Source: an uncultured archaeon (GTDB lineage Archaea > Nanobdellota > Nanobdellia > Pacearchaeales > GW2011-AR1). From it: a DNA stretch of 42,038 bases. The stretch spans positions 1-42,038 of the forward strand of contig CAIQQL010000131.1 in assembly GCA_903873955.1 (NCBI GenBank), given 5' to 3'. Shown here in pieces: positions 26,251-35,606 of the stretch. Each line of letters begins with the position of its first letter. The stretch's first letter is position 1. The translations under genes were made by a program, and so were the position numbers. Under the pieces are notes generated by a model. The model did not search any database, had not been told where the DNA came from, and saw only the letters and a program-made list of their open reading frames with translations.

Positions 26251-27102
26251 ATGGAGGAATACTATTTTCTATTTGGGTTGGCTATCCTCTGGACTTTTTT
26301 TGCAACCATCCAGGACCTCAAGACGCGGGAAGTCGCAAATTGGATCACTTTTTCCCTGATTGGATTTGCGTTGACCTATAGAGGTTTCTATGCGCTTCTG
26401 TATCACGACTTTGCGTTTTTCTATCTCGGTGTTCTAGGCTGTCTTATCTTTGTAGCTTTGGCCTTCATGTTTTATTATGGGCGTGTTTTTGCGGGAGGTG
26501 ATGCCAAACTTCTTATGGGTATCGGGGCAATCCTGCCTTTTACCGGCGTACTGCAATTCGCTTTATGGAGTGCTTTGTTTTTGTTCCTTCTTTTCTTCTC
26601 AGGTGCCTGTTATAGTGTGTTTTATAGCCTGCTTCTTGTCACGAGAAACTATGCCTCCTTCAAACGGTCATTCAAGCAAAAGCTGCATACTTTTCGTCTA
26701 ATCCTTCTTCTCGCAGCAGTTTGCGCTATGGTCGTTCTTCTTGCCTTAGGACTGCATACCCTGGGCATAGTGTCCGCATTATTTGTCTTTGGTATTCCTA
26801 TCCTGTATGCCTATCTTAAATCTCTTGAAGAGACTTGCATGATAAAACTCACTTCCCCTGACAAGCTTACTGAAGGCGACTGGCTTGAAAAAGAAGTTCG
26901 TCTGGGGAAACGTCTCATCTCGAGGAGTGTGCATGGCCTGACCTTAGAAGAGATTGGACTTTTACGCAAAGCCAAGAAAAAAGTTTACATCAAGGAAGGA
27001 ATCCCCTTTGTTCCTGCATTTTTTATCGCGCTGGTCTTTACGGCACTCTTCTTTTTAATTTTACGACTGGATTTTCAGACGATTTTTTGGTTTCTATTTT
27101 AA
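26251..27102 (+). CDS. Prepilin/class III signal peptidase (A24; PibD/ArlK-like)
   Basis: Catalytic Asp motifs QDLKTREV and AGGDAKL; C-terminal GIPFVPAF. Confidence 0.92.
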   Translation: MEEYYFLFGLAILWTFFATIQDLKTREVANWITFSLIGFALTYRGFYALLYHDFAFFYLGVLGCLIFVALAFMFYYGRVFAGGDAKLLMGIGAILPFTGVLQFALWSALFLFLLFFSGACYSVFYSLLLVTRNYASFKRSFKQKLHTFRLILLLAAVCAMVVLLALGLHTLGIVSALFVFGIPILYAYLKSLEETCMIKLTSPDKLTEGDWLEKEVRLGKRLISRSVHGLTLEEIGLLRKAKKKVYIKEGIPFVPAFFIALVFTALFFLILRLDFQTIFWFLF

Positions 27103-27655
27103 TCACTTCTTTCTTAGGTTTTGGTTCTAGTTTCTTTGCAACACTTTCCAATTCGGTTTTTTCCGCTTTTTTTCTTGGAGAGTTCAAGGTAAGCGGACCG
27201 TTGTACACCGGGATCAGGTTCAGGATCTTTTCGCCAAACTTTACCTCAGACTGCATCTCGACTGATTTTGCAGAGAGCCCCTCCATCAGCTTGATCACCA
27301 TCTTCTGTCCAAACAGCAAAACCTTCTGAGGCATCTCTTTTTGGTCGGTTATCGCCTCTTTTGGGATAATCAGGGTGTGTCCTTCTGAGGCAGGGTTTAT
27401 CTCAAGAACCGCAATGGCGCTGTCATCTTCTCCAATGCGCACTGAATCTACCTCTTTGTCTACCAACATCCTAAAAATCGTTTTACTGCCTGCTCTCCCC
27501 TGAGTGCGCTGTTCATTGACCAACTCTTCTATGGCCTCTGGAGTTAGTTCATTGATCTGCTTTTCCGCCTTGGCACGCTGGTCTGGGTGTAAATGAGCAA
27601 CCTGGGCATAGAGCTGTTTTTTTACTTCATTGATCTCTTCAGAGGTAAGGGCCAT
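27038..27655 (-). CDS. HIT-fold protein with degenerate histidine triad
   Basis: IFRMLV...AVLEINPASEGHTLIIPK; triad position reads EKILNLIP. Confidence 0.75.
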   Translation of the reverse strand: MALTSEEINEVKKQLYAQVAHLHPDQRAKAEKQINELTPEAIEELVNEQRTQGRAGSKTIFRMLVDKEVDSVRIGEDDSAIAVLEINPASEGHTLIIPKEAITDQKEMPQKVLLFGQKMVIKLMEGLSAKSVEMQSEVKFGEKILNLIPVYNGPLTLNSPRKKAEKTELESVAKKLEPKPKKEVIKIETKKSSENPVVKLKRRVP

Positions 27656-27692
27656 ATTCTAGTGAACAAAGAATAGTTTAAAGATTTTAGGT

Positions 27693-27965
27693 TTAGCCAA
27701 ACGCTCTGCGGTAATCTTCAATGGTTGCTGAGGAGACGTGTTCGATGGCTGCTAGTTTGTCTTCAACTATGCTCGTATCCTTCTCTTCCTGCCAAGCCAT
27801 CTTCATCATGACGGCTATCAAACCAAATGCGATAGGCCTTTCTTCAAAAGAGATATTCTTTGCGCCTTCTTGCTCAAGCAGAGCCTTGGCTGACTTCTTG
27901 ATTGCTTCAAGGTTAGCCTGAGGAGAATCAGGCATTATTTTCACAATTATTGCTGCAATTGCCAT
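27693..27965 (-). CDS. ef1b: Archaeal elongation factor 1-beta
   Basis: KIMPDSPQANLE...ERPIAFGL. Confidence 0.93.
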   Translation of the reverse strand: MAIAAIIVKIMPDSPQANLEAIKKSAKALLEQEGAKNISFEERPIAFGLIAVMMKMAWQEEKDTSIVEDKLAAIEHVSSATIEDYRRAFG

Positions 27966-27991
27966 AGTAAATAGGAAATGCTCTTGAAGGT

Positions 27992-28543
27992 TTATAAATC
28001 TACCCGTCCCTTAATCTGATTTTTTTCTACTAAACCGTAGGTAGTACTGTCAATGCTAACTTTTCGATTATCCCCCAACAAGAGATACTCTCCTGATGGG
28101 ATGACATTGTGGTAGTATCGAAGTTGGGTCTCAATTATCTGATTTGAGGTATTATAAAACGATTTTTCTAGAACATAAGTCTCATTAACCTGTTGTCCAT
28201 TACGATAAAGCTCTCCCTGATCTCCAAAGCTAATACTGTCTCCAGGTATTGCAATCACTCTCTTTACTACCTCTCCTTCCTTAGGATCTATTAACGCCGC
28301 TACGACATCTCCTTGCTGGATGGAATGAGAGAGATAATATCCATATCTTTCCGTCACAACCTGGCCATCATTTAACGTCGGTTCCATGGATGTCCCGGCT
28401 ATCATTTTCTTTACACCAGGAATCTCCTTTTGTGGTATGGGCTCTTTTTTCTGTAAAAAGGCAAACGAAAGCACACAGCACAGTATCAGGATTGTCCCGA
28501 CCAAAAAGAAGAGACTTCTATCTTTTTTTCTCATGACTCTCAC
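27992..28543 (-). CDS. lepB: Signal peptidase I (S26), Ser-Lys type
   Basis: N-terminal TM; GTSMEPTL, VVKRVIAIPGD, LGDNR..S.DS..YG. Confidence 0.9.
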   Translation of the reverse strand: MRVMRKKDRSLFFLVGTILILCCVLSFAFLQKKEPIPQKEIPGVKKMIAGTSMEPTLNDGQVVTERYGYYLSHSIQQGDVVAALIDPKEGEVVKRVIAIPGDSISFGDQGELYRNGQQVNETYVLEKSFYNTSNQIIETQLRYYHNVIPSGEYLLLGDNRKVSIDSTTYGLVEKNQIKGRVDL

Positions 28544-28625
28544 AGGTTTTTTTGCTTTATGTAGTCTTCGCCTTTTTGTTTTTCATCAACACAATACTTT
28601 TAAATGACCCTCGCTTCGATAGTTT

Positions 28626-29576
28626 ATGAATGATAACTATCTGCAACTGGTCGAACGTATTGCAAAGGCATCTGGACTTGAGACCGGCGAGATAGAACGA
28701 AAAGTTGAGGGGAAAAGAGCAAAGCTATCCGGTCTTGTTTCTAAAGAAGGGGCAGCGCAGATTGTAGCTGCTGAGCTAGGTATCAACTTTGACAAAGAAC
28801 GGATGAAAATCTCTGAGATTGTCTCTGGCATGAAACGTGTTAATGTCATTGGCAAGATCATCAATATCTCTCCTGTGCGTACTTTCTCAAAGAACGGGCG
28901 GGAAGGAAAGGTCTGTAATATTGTCCTTGCTGATGAGAGTTCCAATATCAAGCTAGTTCTCTGGGACACAAATCATATCTCTCTTTTTGAGAACAATACC
29001 TTCAAACTTGGTGATGTCATAGAAGTCTCCAATGGTCAGATGCGCACGGGTGAAATCCATCTTTCCTCTTTTGGAGATATCAAACTCAGTAACGAAAAGC
29101 TAAATGTTGTGGTGTCGGAGAGGGTTTTCAATACAGTCAAGCTTTTAGACGCAAAGAGCGGGCAGAGCCTGAAAGTTAGAGCCGTGATAGTGCAAGTCTT
29201 TGATCCCCGTTATTTCGAAGTATGCCCTGAATGTGGCAAGCGTGCCCTTGAAGGAGAATGCAAAGTGCATGGGAAAATTGAGCCTCGGAAACGTGCATTG
29301 CTTAATGTTGTGCTTGATGATGGCTCAGAGACCATCCGTTCTGTCCTTTTCAATGAAGGCATTTCCCTTTTAGGCTTTACCGACGAGGAAGTCTACTCCC
29401 TTGAAAAGTTCCTTGAGAAAAAGAACAGCATCCTTGGCGAAGAAAAGTATTTTTATGGTGCCGTACGTACCAATGCCCTCTATAATACCACTGAACTGTC
29501 TATTGAAAAAGTTGAACCTGTCGATCCAACCATCCTTATCACGGAATTAGAGCAGACCATCGCGAAAAAATCCTAG
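28626..29576 (+). CDS. rpa: Replication protein A-like OB-fold ssDNA-binding protein with Zn finger
   Basis: GKVCNIVLADES..IKLVLW OB fold; CPEC...CKVH. Confidence 0.85.
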   Translation: MNDNYLQLVERIAKASGLETGEIERKVEGKRAKLSGLVSKEGAAQIVAAELGINFDKERMKISEIVSGMKRVNVIGKIINISPVRTFSKNGREGKVCNIVLADESSNIKLVLWDTNHISLFENNTFKLGDVIEVSNGQMRTGEIHLSSFGDIKLSNEKLNVVVSERVFNTVKLLDAKSGQSLKVRAVIVQVFDPRYFEVCPECGKRALEGECKVHGKIEPRKRALLNVVLDDGSETIRSVLFNEGISLLGFTDEEVYSLEKFLEKKNSILGEEKYFYGAVRTNALYNTTELSIEKVEPVDPTILITELEQTIAKKS

Positions 29577-29613
29577 GCATTACCTTTATATCTTTCTTTA
29601 CTCTTTTTAGTCC

Positions 29614-30072
29614 ATGCTGATGCGCACCCATCTTGCCCTTACCCTTGTTTTTTGTTTAGTCCTTGCTCCCTATCTCGTCCATCCCCTCATTGTTACTGCT
29701 TTAGCCGCAGGATTCACCTCCTTGCCAGATATCGACAGTGCACATTCTTTTTTTGGAAAGCGCTGGTTCTTACGTCCTTTACAACTTATCACCAAGCATC
29801 GAGGGATGCTGCATAGCTTCACTCTTTGCATCCTTCTTTCTTTCTTGTTCGCATTTATCCTGCCTATTTTGTCTCTCCCTCTCTTTGTAGGATATTCAAG
29901 CCATCTTCTAGCAGACAGCACAACTATTGAAGGTATTACTCCTTTTTGGCCATCCCAAAAAAAGATTACAGGCGCTTTACGGACTGGTGGGAAACGTGAG
30001 ATTTTCCTTTTTTATGGCTTGCTTGGCGTAAGTTTGGTCCTTTTCCTCCGTTATCTTTACCTTTTTTCATAA
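29614..30072 (+). CDS. YdjM/LexA-binding-like membrane metal-dependent hydrolase
   Basis: RTH, LPDID, HRGMLHS, SHLLAD motifs. Confidence 0.85.
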   Translation: MLMRTHLALTLVFCLVLAPYLVHPLIVTALAAGFTSLPDIDSAHSFFGKRWFLRPLQLITKHRGMLHSFTLCILLSFLFAFILPILSLPLFVGYSSHLLADSTTIEGITPFWPSQKKITGALRTGGKREIFLFYGLLGVSLVLFLRYLYLFS

Positions 30073-30106
30073 TTTTCCTCGAAGGTTGTTTTTGAGTGTT
30101 ATAAAG

Positions 30107-30114
30107 TTTATAAA
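30107..30114 (+). promoter_or_regulatory. TATA box for radA
   Basis: aaag-tttataaa ~25 nt upstream of ATG 30136. Confidence 0.55.
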
Positions 30115-30135
30115 GCGGTCCGCTTTCTGTTCACT

Positions 30136-31167
30136 ATGGTCAAATCCGACGAAGAGAAGAAAGTAAAAGAGGTCAAGGAAAAAGAAGAGAAGCCCAAAGA
30201 AGAGGAAAAAGAAAAAGAAGTCAGTATCACAGACGTCCCTGGTATCGGCCCGGGCATAGCCGCAAAACTTGAGGCTGCAGGAGTGTATGATCTCATGGGC
30301 CTTGCCGTCATGAGTCCCGTTAACCTTGCAAACATGGCCGGGATTGGAGAGGCTGTTGCCCGAAAGGCTATCCAGGCAGCACGAGGTATGTTACAGCTTG
30401 GTTTTATCGACGGCGTAGAATTTTCCAAAAAACGTGAAGATATCATCTATATCACCTCAGGCTCACAGAATTTGAATAATCTTCTGGGTGGAAGAGGAGT
30501 GGAAACGAAGTCCCTGACAGAGGCGTATGGTGCCTTTGGCAGTGGCAAAACGCAGCTAGGTTTAACCCTAGCTGTGAATGTTCAATTACCCAAGGACAAA
30601 GGGGGGGCGAATGCCAAAGCAGTCTTTATCGATACTGAAGGAACCTTCAGACCTGAAAGAATCCGTCAAATTGCTGAAGGCGTAGGTGCAAATCCCGAAA
30701 AAGTCCTTAAAAATATTCTCGTAGCCCGTGCATTCAATTCCGATCATCAAATCCTTCTTGTTGACAAAATCAGTGAGATGATCAAAAATGGTGAACCTAT
30801 AAAACTAGTGGTCATCGACTCCCTGACCGCACATTTCCGTGCAGAGTTTACAGGGAGAGGAGAACTTGCAGACCGTCAGCATAAACTCAATCGATATCTG
30901 CATACGCTTATCACCCTTTCTGAAAAGCATAACCTTGCTGTTTATGTCACCAATCAGGTCATGGCAAACCCTGCAATGATGTTTGGAGACCCTACAACCG
31001 CTGTTGGAGGGAATATTGTCGGGCATGCGTCTACTTATCGCCTTTATCTCAGAAAGGGTAAGCAAGGGAGCAGAGTCGCAAAACTGATTGACTCCCCAAA
31101 TCTTCCAGACAATGAATGCCAGTTCTTTGTCACCATGGCTGGTGTCCGTGACGGAGACACTTCCTAA
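30136..31167 (+). CDS. radA: DNA repair and recombination protein RadA
   Basis: HhH (PGIGP), GAFGSGKTQ, IDTEGTFRPER, VIDSL, GRGELADRQ, LIDSPNLP. Confidence 0.97.
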   Translation: MVKSDEEKKVKEVKEKEEKPKEEEKEKEVSITDVPGIGPGIAAKLEAAGVYDLMGLAVMSPVNLANMAGIGEAVARKAIQAARGMLQLGFIDGVEFSKKREDIIYITSGSQNLNNLLGGRGVETKSLTEAYGAFGSGKTQLGLTLAVNVQLPKDKGGANAKAVFIDTEGTFRPERIRQIAEGVGANPEKVLKNILVARAFNSDHQILLVDKISEMIKNGEPIKLVVIDSLTAHFRAEFTGRGELADRQHKLNRYLHTLITLSEKHNLAVYVTNQVMANPAMMFGDPTTAVGGNIVGHASTYRLYLRKGKQGSRVAKLIDSPNLPDNECQFFVTMAGVRDGDTS

Positions 31168-31172
31168 TTTCT

Positions 31173-31877
31173 TTAGAGTTTTCTCACTCTGAACTTCACA
31201 GGCGCAACAGCCATACCTGCCAATGGACTGAGTCTCTGGGTGATGAGCACCTGACTTGGAAGGGAATCTTGCATGTAAAGCTCGATCTTCTCCCTTATCT
31301 TTCCTTCTGCTGATTCCTGGAAAGTCACATTTTGACGAATAAACTGTCTTGGTGCGTCATTGGTAGTTCCTTGGTATTGAAATTGCGGATGATACGGGGC
31401 ATCTTTAGGCCGAAGATAAACCAAACTGACTCGAATCATATTGTCGACAATCTCTGCCTGTGCGCTTTCAGTTTCGACCTCAAACCAAGGTACTTCTTCA
31501 GAAATATCACTTTCGATTCTTGCATTAGGAGGTTTACCTTTATAAGCCGTGACGGCAAAATAAAATGCGGTGGCTAAGGGGAATCCGTTGGTAAACTGGA
31601 GGATATTGGTATATCCTACGTCTGTTGTATTAGTATACTGTCTTCTTTCTCCGCCAAAAAACACCTGAAATCCATCTATCATATCGGGTTGGTTATTATG
31701 GTCCCACTTCAAAGAAATCTTTGTTTTTCCCATGTATCTTGCGATAGGCACTTCCGGAGAGCTTTGGGCCAAGGAATTAGCTGCAACATTCCCGGCAGCA
31801 AGAGCACATACTAAAGATACCAATCCTTTCAATTTACTTATTTTGAAATTATTTTCTTTTTTCATTTTCTCTGACAC
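31173..31877 (-). CDS. Secreted fibronectin type III-like domain protein, paralogue A
   Basis: Signal peptide; LKWD...GFQVFFG...YTNTTDVG...YFAVTAY...ES..SEEV. Confidence 0.7.
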   Translation of the reverse strand: MSEKMKKENNFKISKLKGLVSLVCALAAGNVAANSLAQSSPEVPIARYMGKTKISLKWDHNNQPDMIDGFQVFFGGERRQYTNTTDVGYTNILQFTNGFPLATAFYFAVTAYKGKPPNARIESDISEEVPWFEVETESAQAEIVDNMIRVSLVYLRPKDAPYHPQFQYQGTTNDAPRQFIRQNVTFQESAEGKIREKIELYMQDSLPSQVLITQRLSPLAGMAVAPVKFRVRKL

Positions 31878-31900
31878 AACGTTTTCAAAGATTTATTCAT

Positions 31901-32566
31901 TTAGAGTTTTCTTACTCTAAACTTCGAAGGTGCAACGGCTTTTGGTCCTTGAGAGGCATATGCCTGACTTACCAATATCTGGTCCAGATTTTCCTGCAAA
32001 ACAAGTTCGACTGTCTCGCGTACGTATTGAGCATTCACTGGAGTTTGAGAGATTACCCTTTCACTGAGAAATGGTTTGTATGCACTATTTGTCGAAGCTC
32101 GGTAATTAAACCTCATAGTGTATGACGCATCCCTTTGTCTTTGATAGGTCATCGTCACCTTGACACCATTGCTGATTATCTGACTGAATATGCTTTCGCC
32201 TTCTATTTCATACCAACTGATCTGATTTGAATGCGCGCTTTTATTTTTATAGGCATCATAAGCATCAACCACAAAAAAATGCTCTAACTTTAATGGGAAG
32301 CTTTCGGGGAAGGAATACACGGTCACGTTTCCTACATCTCTATTGGTGACATAGTTGCCGCTTTTGAACCCCCATAAAATCTCATATCCTGCAACTCTCT
32401 GATCGCGGCTAGCATCCCATCCTACTCCCAGCGTTGTTCGTATCTCATAGTTGACGGGTGGAGGGAGCTGTACGTTCTGGGCAGGAGCATGTGAAGTGAT
32501 GGAGGTCATTGCCAGAGCACCAATCGAGGTCGTTAGACTCTTTATTTTTTTAAATTTCCTCTTCAT
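31901..32566 (-). CDS. Secreted fibronectin type III-like domain protein, paralogue B
   Basis: Signal peptide; VGWD...GYEILWG..SGNY...DVGN...FFVVDAYD...SNQI; same C-terminus pattern VAP.KFRVRKL. Confidence 0.7.
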   Translation of the reverse strand: MKRKFKKIKSLTTSIGALAMTSITSHAPAQNVQLPPPVNYEIRTTLGVGWDASRDQRVAGYEILWGFKSGNYVTNRDVGNVTVYSFPESFPLKLEHFFVVDAYDAYKNKSAHSNQISWYEIEGESIFSQIISNGVKVTMTYQRQRDASYTMRFNYRASTNSAYKPFLSERVISQTPVNAQYVRETVELVLQENLDQILVSQAYASQGPKAVAPSKFRVRKL

Positions 32567-32676
32567 TTGGTTAGATATCCCCTCTTCATTATATTCTTTT
32601 CTCTTCTTGGGAACTTTTAAACTATATTGTGCTCTTGTTTCATAATCCTTTAAAAGTACCTTCTTTTCTTTTTCTC

Positions 32677-33135
32677 ATGTCCTTAGACCCTTCTTTTCGC
32701 TTAACCTCTTCTTTAGTCATCCCTCAAGCCTCCGACTCCCTGTTTTGGTACGTCCTTAACAAGAAAGATGGCAAATGGGGTCTTCCTGGCGGAAAAGTTG
32801 AATTGTTTGAACACTTACCTAATGCAGGCGCAAGAGAAGCACAAGAAGAGCTGGGCTGTATGGCTCTTACCCAATATCATATCGGAACTTATTACTTCAG
32901 AAGCGAGCATGGAAATCCCGTTATCAATTTTGTTTATGCAGCCACTCTCTCTGGTGGAGCGCCTCATGCAGATCTTCAAAGCAATATCTTGGAAGTAAAA
33001 GCATTTTCCCTTTCTGAACTTGAAGATCTCTTGCGCAGGGGCAGTTTGCGTGCCAACGAGGCAAATCTTGCGCCGGTGCAAGATTATCTTAGGGGGAACA
33101 AGTTCCCTCTTGATTTTATCAAGACTTTTTTTTAA
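32677..33135 (+). CDS. NUDIX hydrolase
   Basis: Nudix box GKVELFEHLPNAGAREAQEELG; ATG start at 32677. Confidence 0.9.
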   Translation: MSLDPSFRLTSSLVIPQASDSLFWYVLNKKDGKWGLPGGKVELFEHLPNAGAREAQEELGCMALTQYHIGTYYFRSEHGNPVINFVYAATLSGGAPHADLQSNILEVKAFSLSELEDLLRRGSLRANEANLAPVQDYLRGNKFPLDFIKTFF

Positions 33136-34284
33136 TCATTTGCCGCGGGCTAGAAATGGTTTGGGAACTTTCTCAAAAGCTCTTTTGTCCTCTTCTAGCA
33201 CCCTTTGCACACTGTCTATATCCACATCGTTCAGTTTTATCCCACATGCAAGCTTTGCTAAAATAGAAGGGATATAAAATCTTGTATCATCTGCCAGTCT
33301 CCAAACCTGCATAAACATGTCGGGATGACCTGAAGGTATAAACACATCACAGATATTATCTGTCCCTAGCTGTACGGGGATTTTCTTTGCTACAAAATCC
33401 CAGACTCTTGCAATACTATTATGGGTAGGCGTATCAACACATCGGTATTGCCTCATACCGATTGCTGCTGAAGGACAGCAAACGAATCCGATATTATATT
33501 TTTTCATGCCGTCTGCCACTTTCTGGAATCTTTCTTCAGTATAGCATGAGGGGGATATTGCATGAATTGCCCAGACCATAGGCTCTGTTTTTTCAGCTCC
33601 CCTAAAGTTCTCCGGCCAAATCCATCTCACTGCATCAATGAGCGTTTCCGTTCCATTTTCCCAAGGCACATTTCCCTGATCCACATGCACATGTACCTGT
33701 TTACCAAGTTTTTTCCCTAAACTCAGGATTCTTTTTAAGTGCTCATCGTACCCTACCCTTCCATCTCCCTCATCCCTCTCAGGAAGGGCTGCCAGAAAGT
33801 CCGCTTTTTGGGCTGCCGCCTCAAATGTTTCCCATCTCTCCGGAATACTATCCTTAAATCCAAAGATGGGATAGGCTGCAAGCTTCAAATCAATTCTTTC
33901 TTTGTATTTCTCCTTCATCTCCAATGCAATCGCGAACGCATCCCTTGCTTCATCATTGGTTGTGTCTATAAGACTCCAGATCTGACGGGTGTTGAACGCT
34001 ATTGATGCATTAAGCACTTCTCTAAGCCTTCTCTCCAAGTCTTTTCTTGCGTACGCTGGACCTTTATGCAAATCCCCTGTCAGCGACTGTTTAACGGCTA
34101 ATGGATAGGCCGAGGCCTGCAAAGGGTTTAGTCCTACATGACTCAAGTAAGCTTTATCTGTCGTGTTTGCCCGATCAAGATGCGCATGGGCATTGACATA
34201 CCCCCCATAAGAAGCAACGGCCTCTTTTAGTATCCCCTCCCAATGTGTGGCATACTCTCTTGGACTGACCCGGCCTTTTCCCAT
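33136..34284 (-). CDS. Amidohydrolase superfamily, cytosine deaminase (CodA)-like
   Basis: VNAHAHLD, HVHVDQ, AIHAIS, VCCPS, LGTDN. Confidence 0.85.
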   Translation of the reverse strand: MGKGRVSPREYATHWEGILKEAVASYGGYVNAHAHLDRANTTDKAYLSHVGLNPLQASAYPLAVKQSLTGDLHKGPAYARKDLERRLREVLNASIAFNTRQIWSLIDTTNDEARDAFAIALEMKEKYKERIDLKLAAYPIFGFKDSIPERWETFEAAAQKADFLAALPERDEGDGRVGYDEHLKRILSLGKKLGKQVHVHVDQGNVPWENGTETLIDAVRWIWPENFRGAEKTEPMVWAIHAISPSCYTEERFQKVADGMKKYNIGFVCCPSAAIGMRQYRCVDTPTHNSIARVWDFVAKKIPVQLGTDNICDVFIPSGHPDMFMQVWRLADDTRFYIPSILAKLACGIKLNDVDIDSVQRVLEEDKRAFEKVPKPFLARGK

Positions 34285-34453
34285 TACGGTTTGTGAGGCA
34301 GTCAGAACTTATAAACAAATAAGATTCTGCAATACAGCTTTTACATCGCATAAACCTTATAAACTCCGCGACTCTTTTTGATTTATATTCTTCTCTCTTG
34401 ACCAACAAATGCCTTTTATCTTCTTTTTTGATCGATCTTAAAGAAATAGTTAT

Positions 34454-34864
34454 CTAGACTATCTGCCGCAAATCCTGATTGATGATCTTCGGTCTGAATG
34501 CGCAGATTTCATCTTTTAACATTCCTTCAGGTATAGGATTATACAAAAAGATCTTTTTCTCCAGTCTCCACGCCTGAAACATCTCTAAAAATGTCGCTCC
34601 TCCAATATAATTCGGAATCTTCTTTTTCTCCATGTTCAGTACGAGAATCGCATCATTCTCCCTGACTTTCTGTTCCTGCCTGCGGATCATGTTTGATTTC
34701 CATTCGGCATGCAGTTCATCTCCCTCTTTCTTCACTTCTTCTTCTTTCATGGGAGCATCGAAACTATTCGGGAGCGTGATGATATGGCCCTGGCTTTCAA
34801 GCAACGCTTTAATCTTGGGAATCTTATTATAGATATGCTTGCTGCAGCAGATAAATATCTTCAT
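34454..34864 (-). CDS. Nucleoside 2-deoxyribosyltransferase-like small alpha/beta protein
   Basis: KIFICCS...LESQGH...DAILVLN...NYIGGATFLEM..AW.LEKKIF pattern. Confidence 0.6.
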   Translation of the reverse strand: MKIFICCSKHIYNKIPKIKALLESQGHIITLPNSFDAPMKEEEVKKEGDELHAEWKSNMIRRQEQKVRENDAILVLNMEKKKIPNYIGGATFLEMFQAWRLEKKIFLYNPIPEGMLKDEICAFRPKIINQDLRQIV

Positions 34865-34904
34865 CTTCAAAGATACCCTCTTTTTATTATAAATCTTTTC
34901 AGGA

Positions 34905-34978
34905 CGCCCCTACTAGGATTTGAACCTAGGTTTTAACCTCCGCAAGGTCACGTTCTATCCAGGCTGAACTATAAGGGC
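34905..34978 (-). tRNA. tRNA-Arg(GCG), no encoded CCA, no intron
   Basis: GCCCTTA/TAGGGGC acceptor stem, TGACC-TTGCGGA-GGTTA anticodon arm, CTAGG-TTCAAAT-CCTAG T arm. Confidence 0.95.
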
Positions 34979-35032
34979 TTGCACCCTAGTGAGTAATTCA
35001 GGGTTTAAAAGGTTAATAGTAACTGCTTCTTA

Positions 35033-35545
35033 CTACTTCCAGAATGTCTGTTCTACTTCCACTTTCAATTTTTCAGTTGGATAGAGGATTTCAGCCAGTT
35101 CACTCGGTTGAAACCATAACTTAATCTCTTTTTCAGCATTTTCTGTGGAATCTGAAGCATGGATCACATTCTCAAAGACTCCTGTTTTCGAGTGGATTCT
35201 ACCATATCTCCCTCTGATTGACACCGGGTCTGCATCTTCAGGATTGGTTGAACCGCAAATCCTTCTTATCTTCTCAATCGCATCCTCTCCCTGATAGACG
35301 AGCACGAGCACACGGTCTGTATGATATTTACCCGTGATATAGTCCACCGTTCCTACGAAGACATGCGGTTTTCTCTCTTTCAGTTCCGCATAATGCCGTT
35401 CGGCAAGTTCTCTCGGAACTTTAAGCACCTTTGCGCCTACAATCTTCAGTTTTGTTTCAGATAACGCAGTAATAATATTTCCCGTAAGGCTTTTTATGAG
35501 CCCATCGGGTTTAATGATGACCAGACATTGCTGTTGTTCTACCAT
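35033..35545 (-). CDS. ndk: Nucleoside diphosphate kinase
   Basis: IIKPDG, G.TNP..A...SIRG, NVIHASDS. Confidence 0.96.
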   Translation of the reverse strand: MVEQQQCLVIIKPDGLIKSLTGNIITALSETKLKIVGAKVLKVPRELAERHYAELKERKPHVFVGTVDYITGKYHTDRVLVLVYQGEDAIEKIRRICGSTNPEDADPVSIRGRYGRIHSKTGVFENVIHASDSTENAEKEIKLWFQPSELAEILYPTEKLKVEVEQTFWK

Positions 35546-35606
35546 TGCTTTGCATATTCCACGGTCAATTTAAAGCTTGCTATTTTTCAGGTTTTGTCCT
35601 GGTTTA

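Noticed and set aside
31168-34978. Integrated element at the tRNA-Arg 3' end
   Set aside because: No duplicate of the tRNA 3' end found by eye and no integrase in the window
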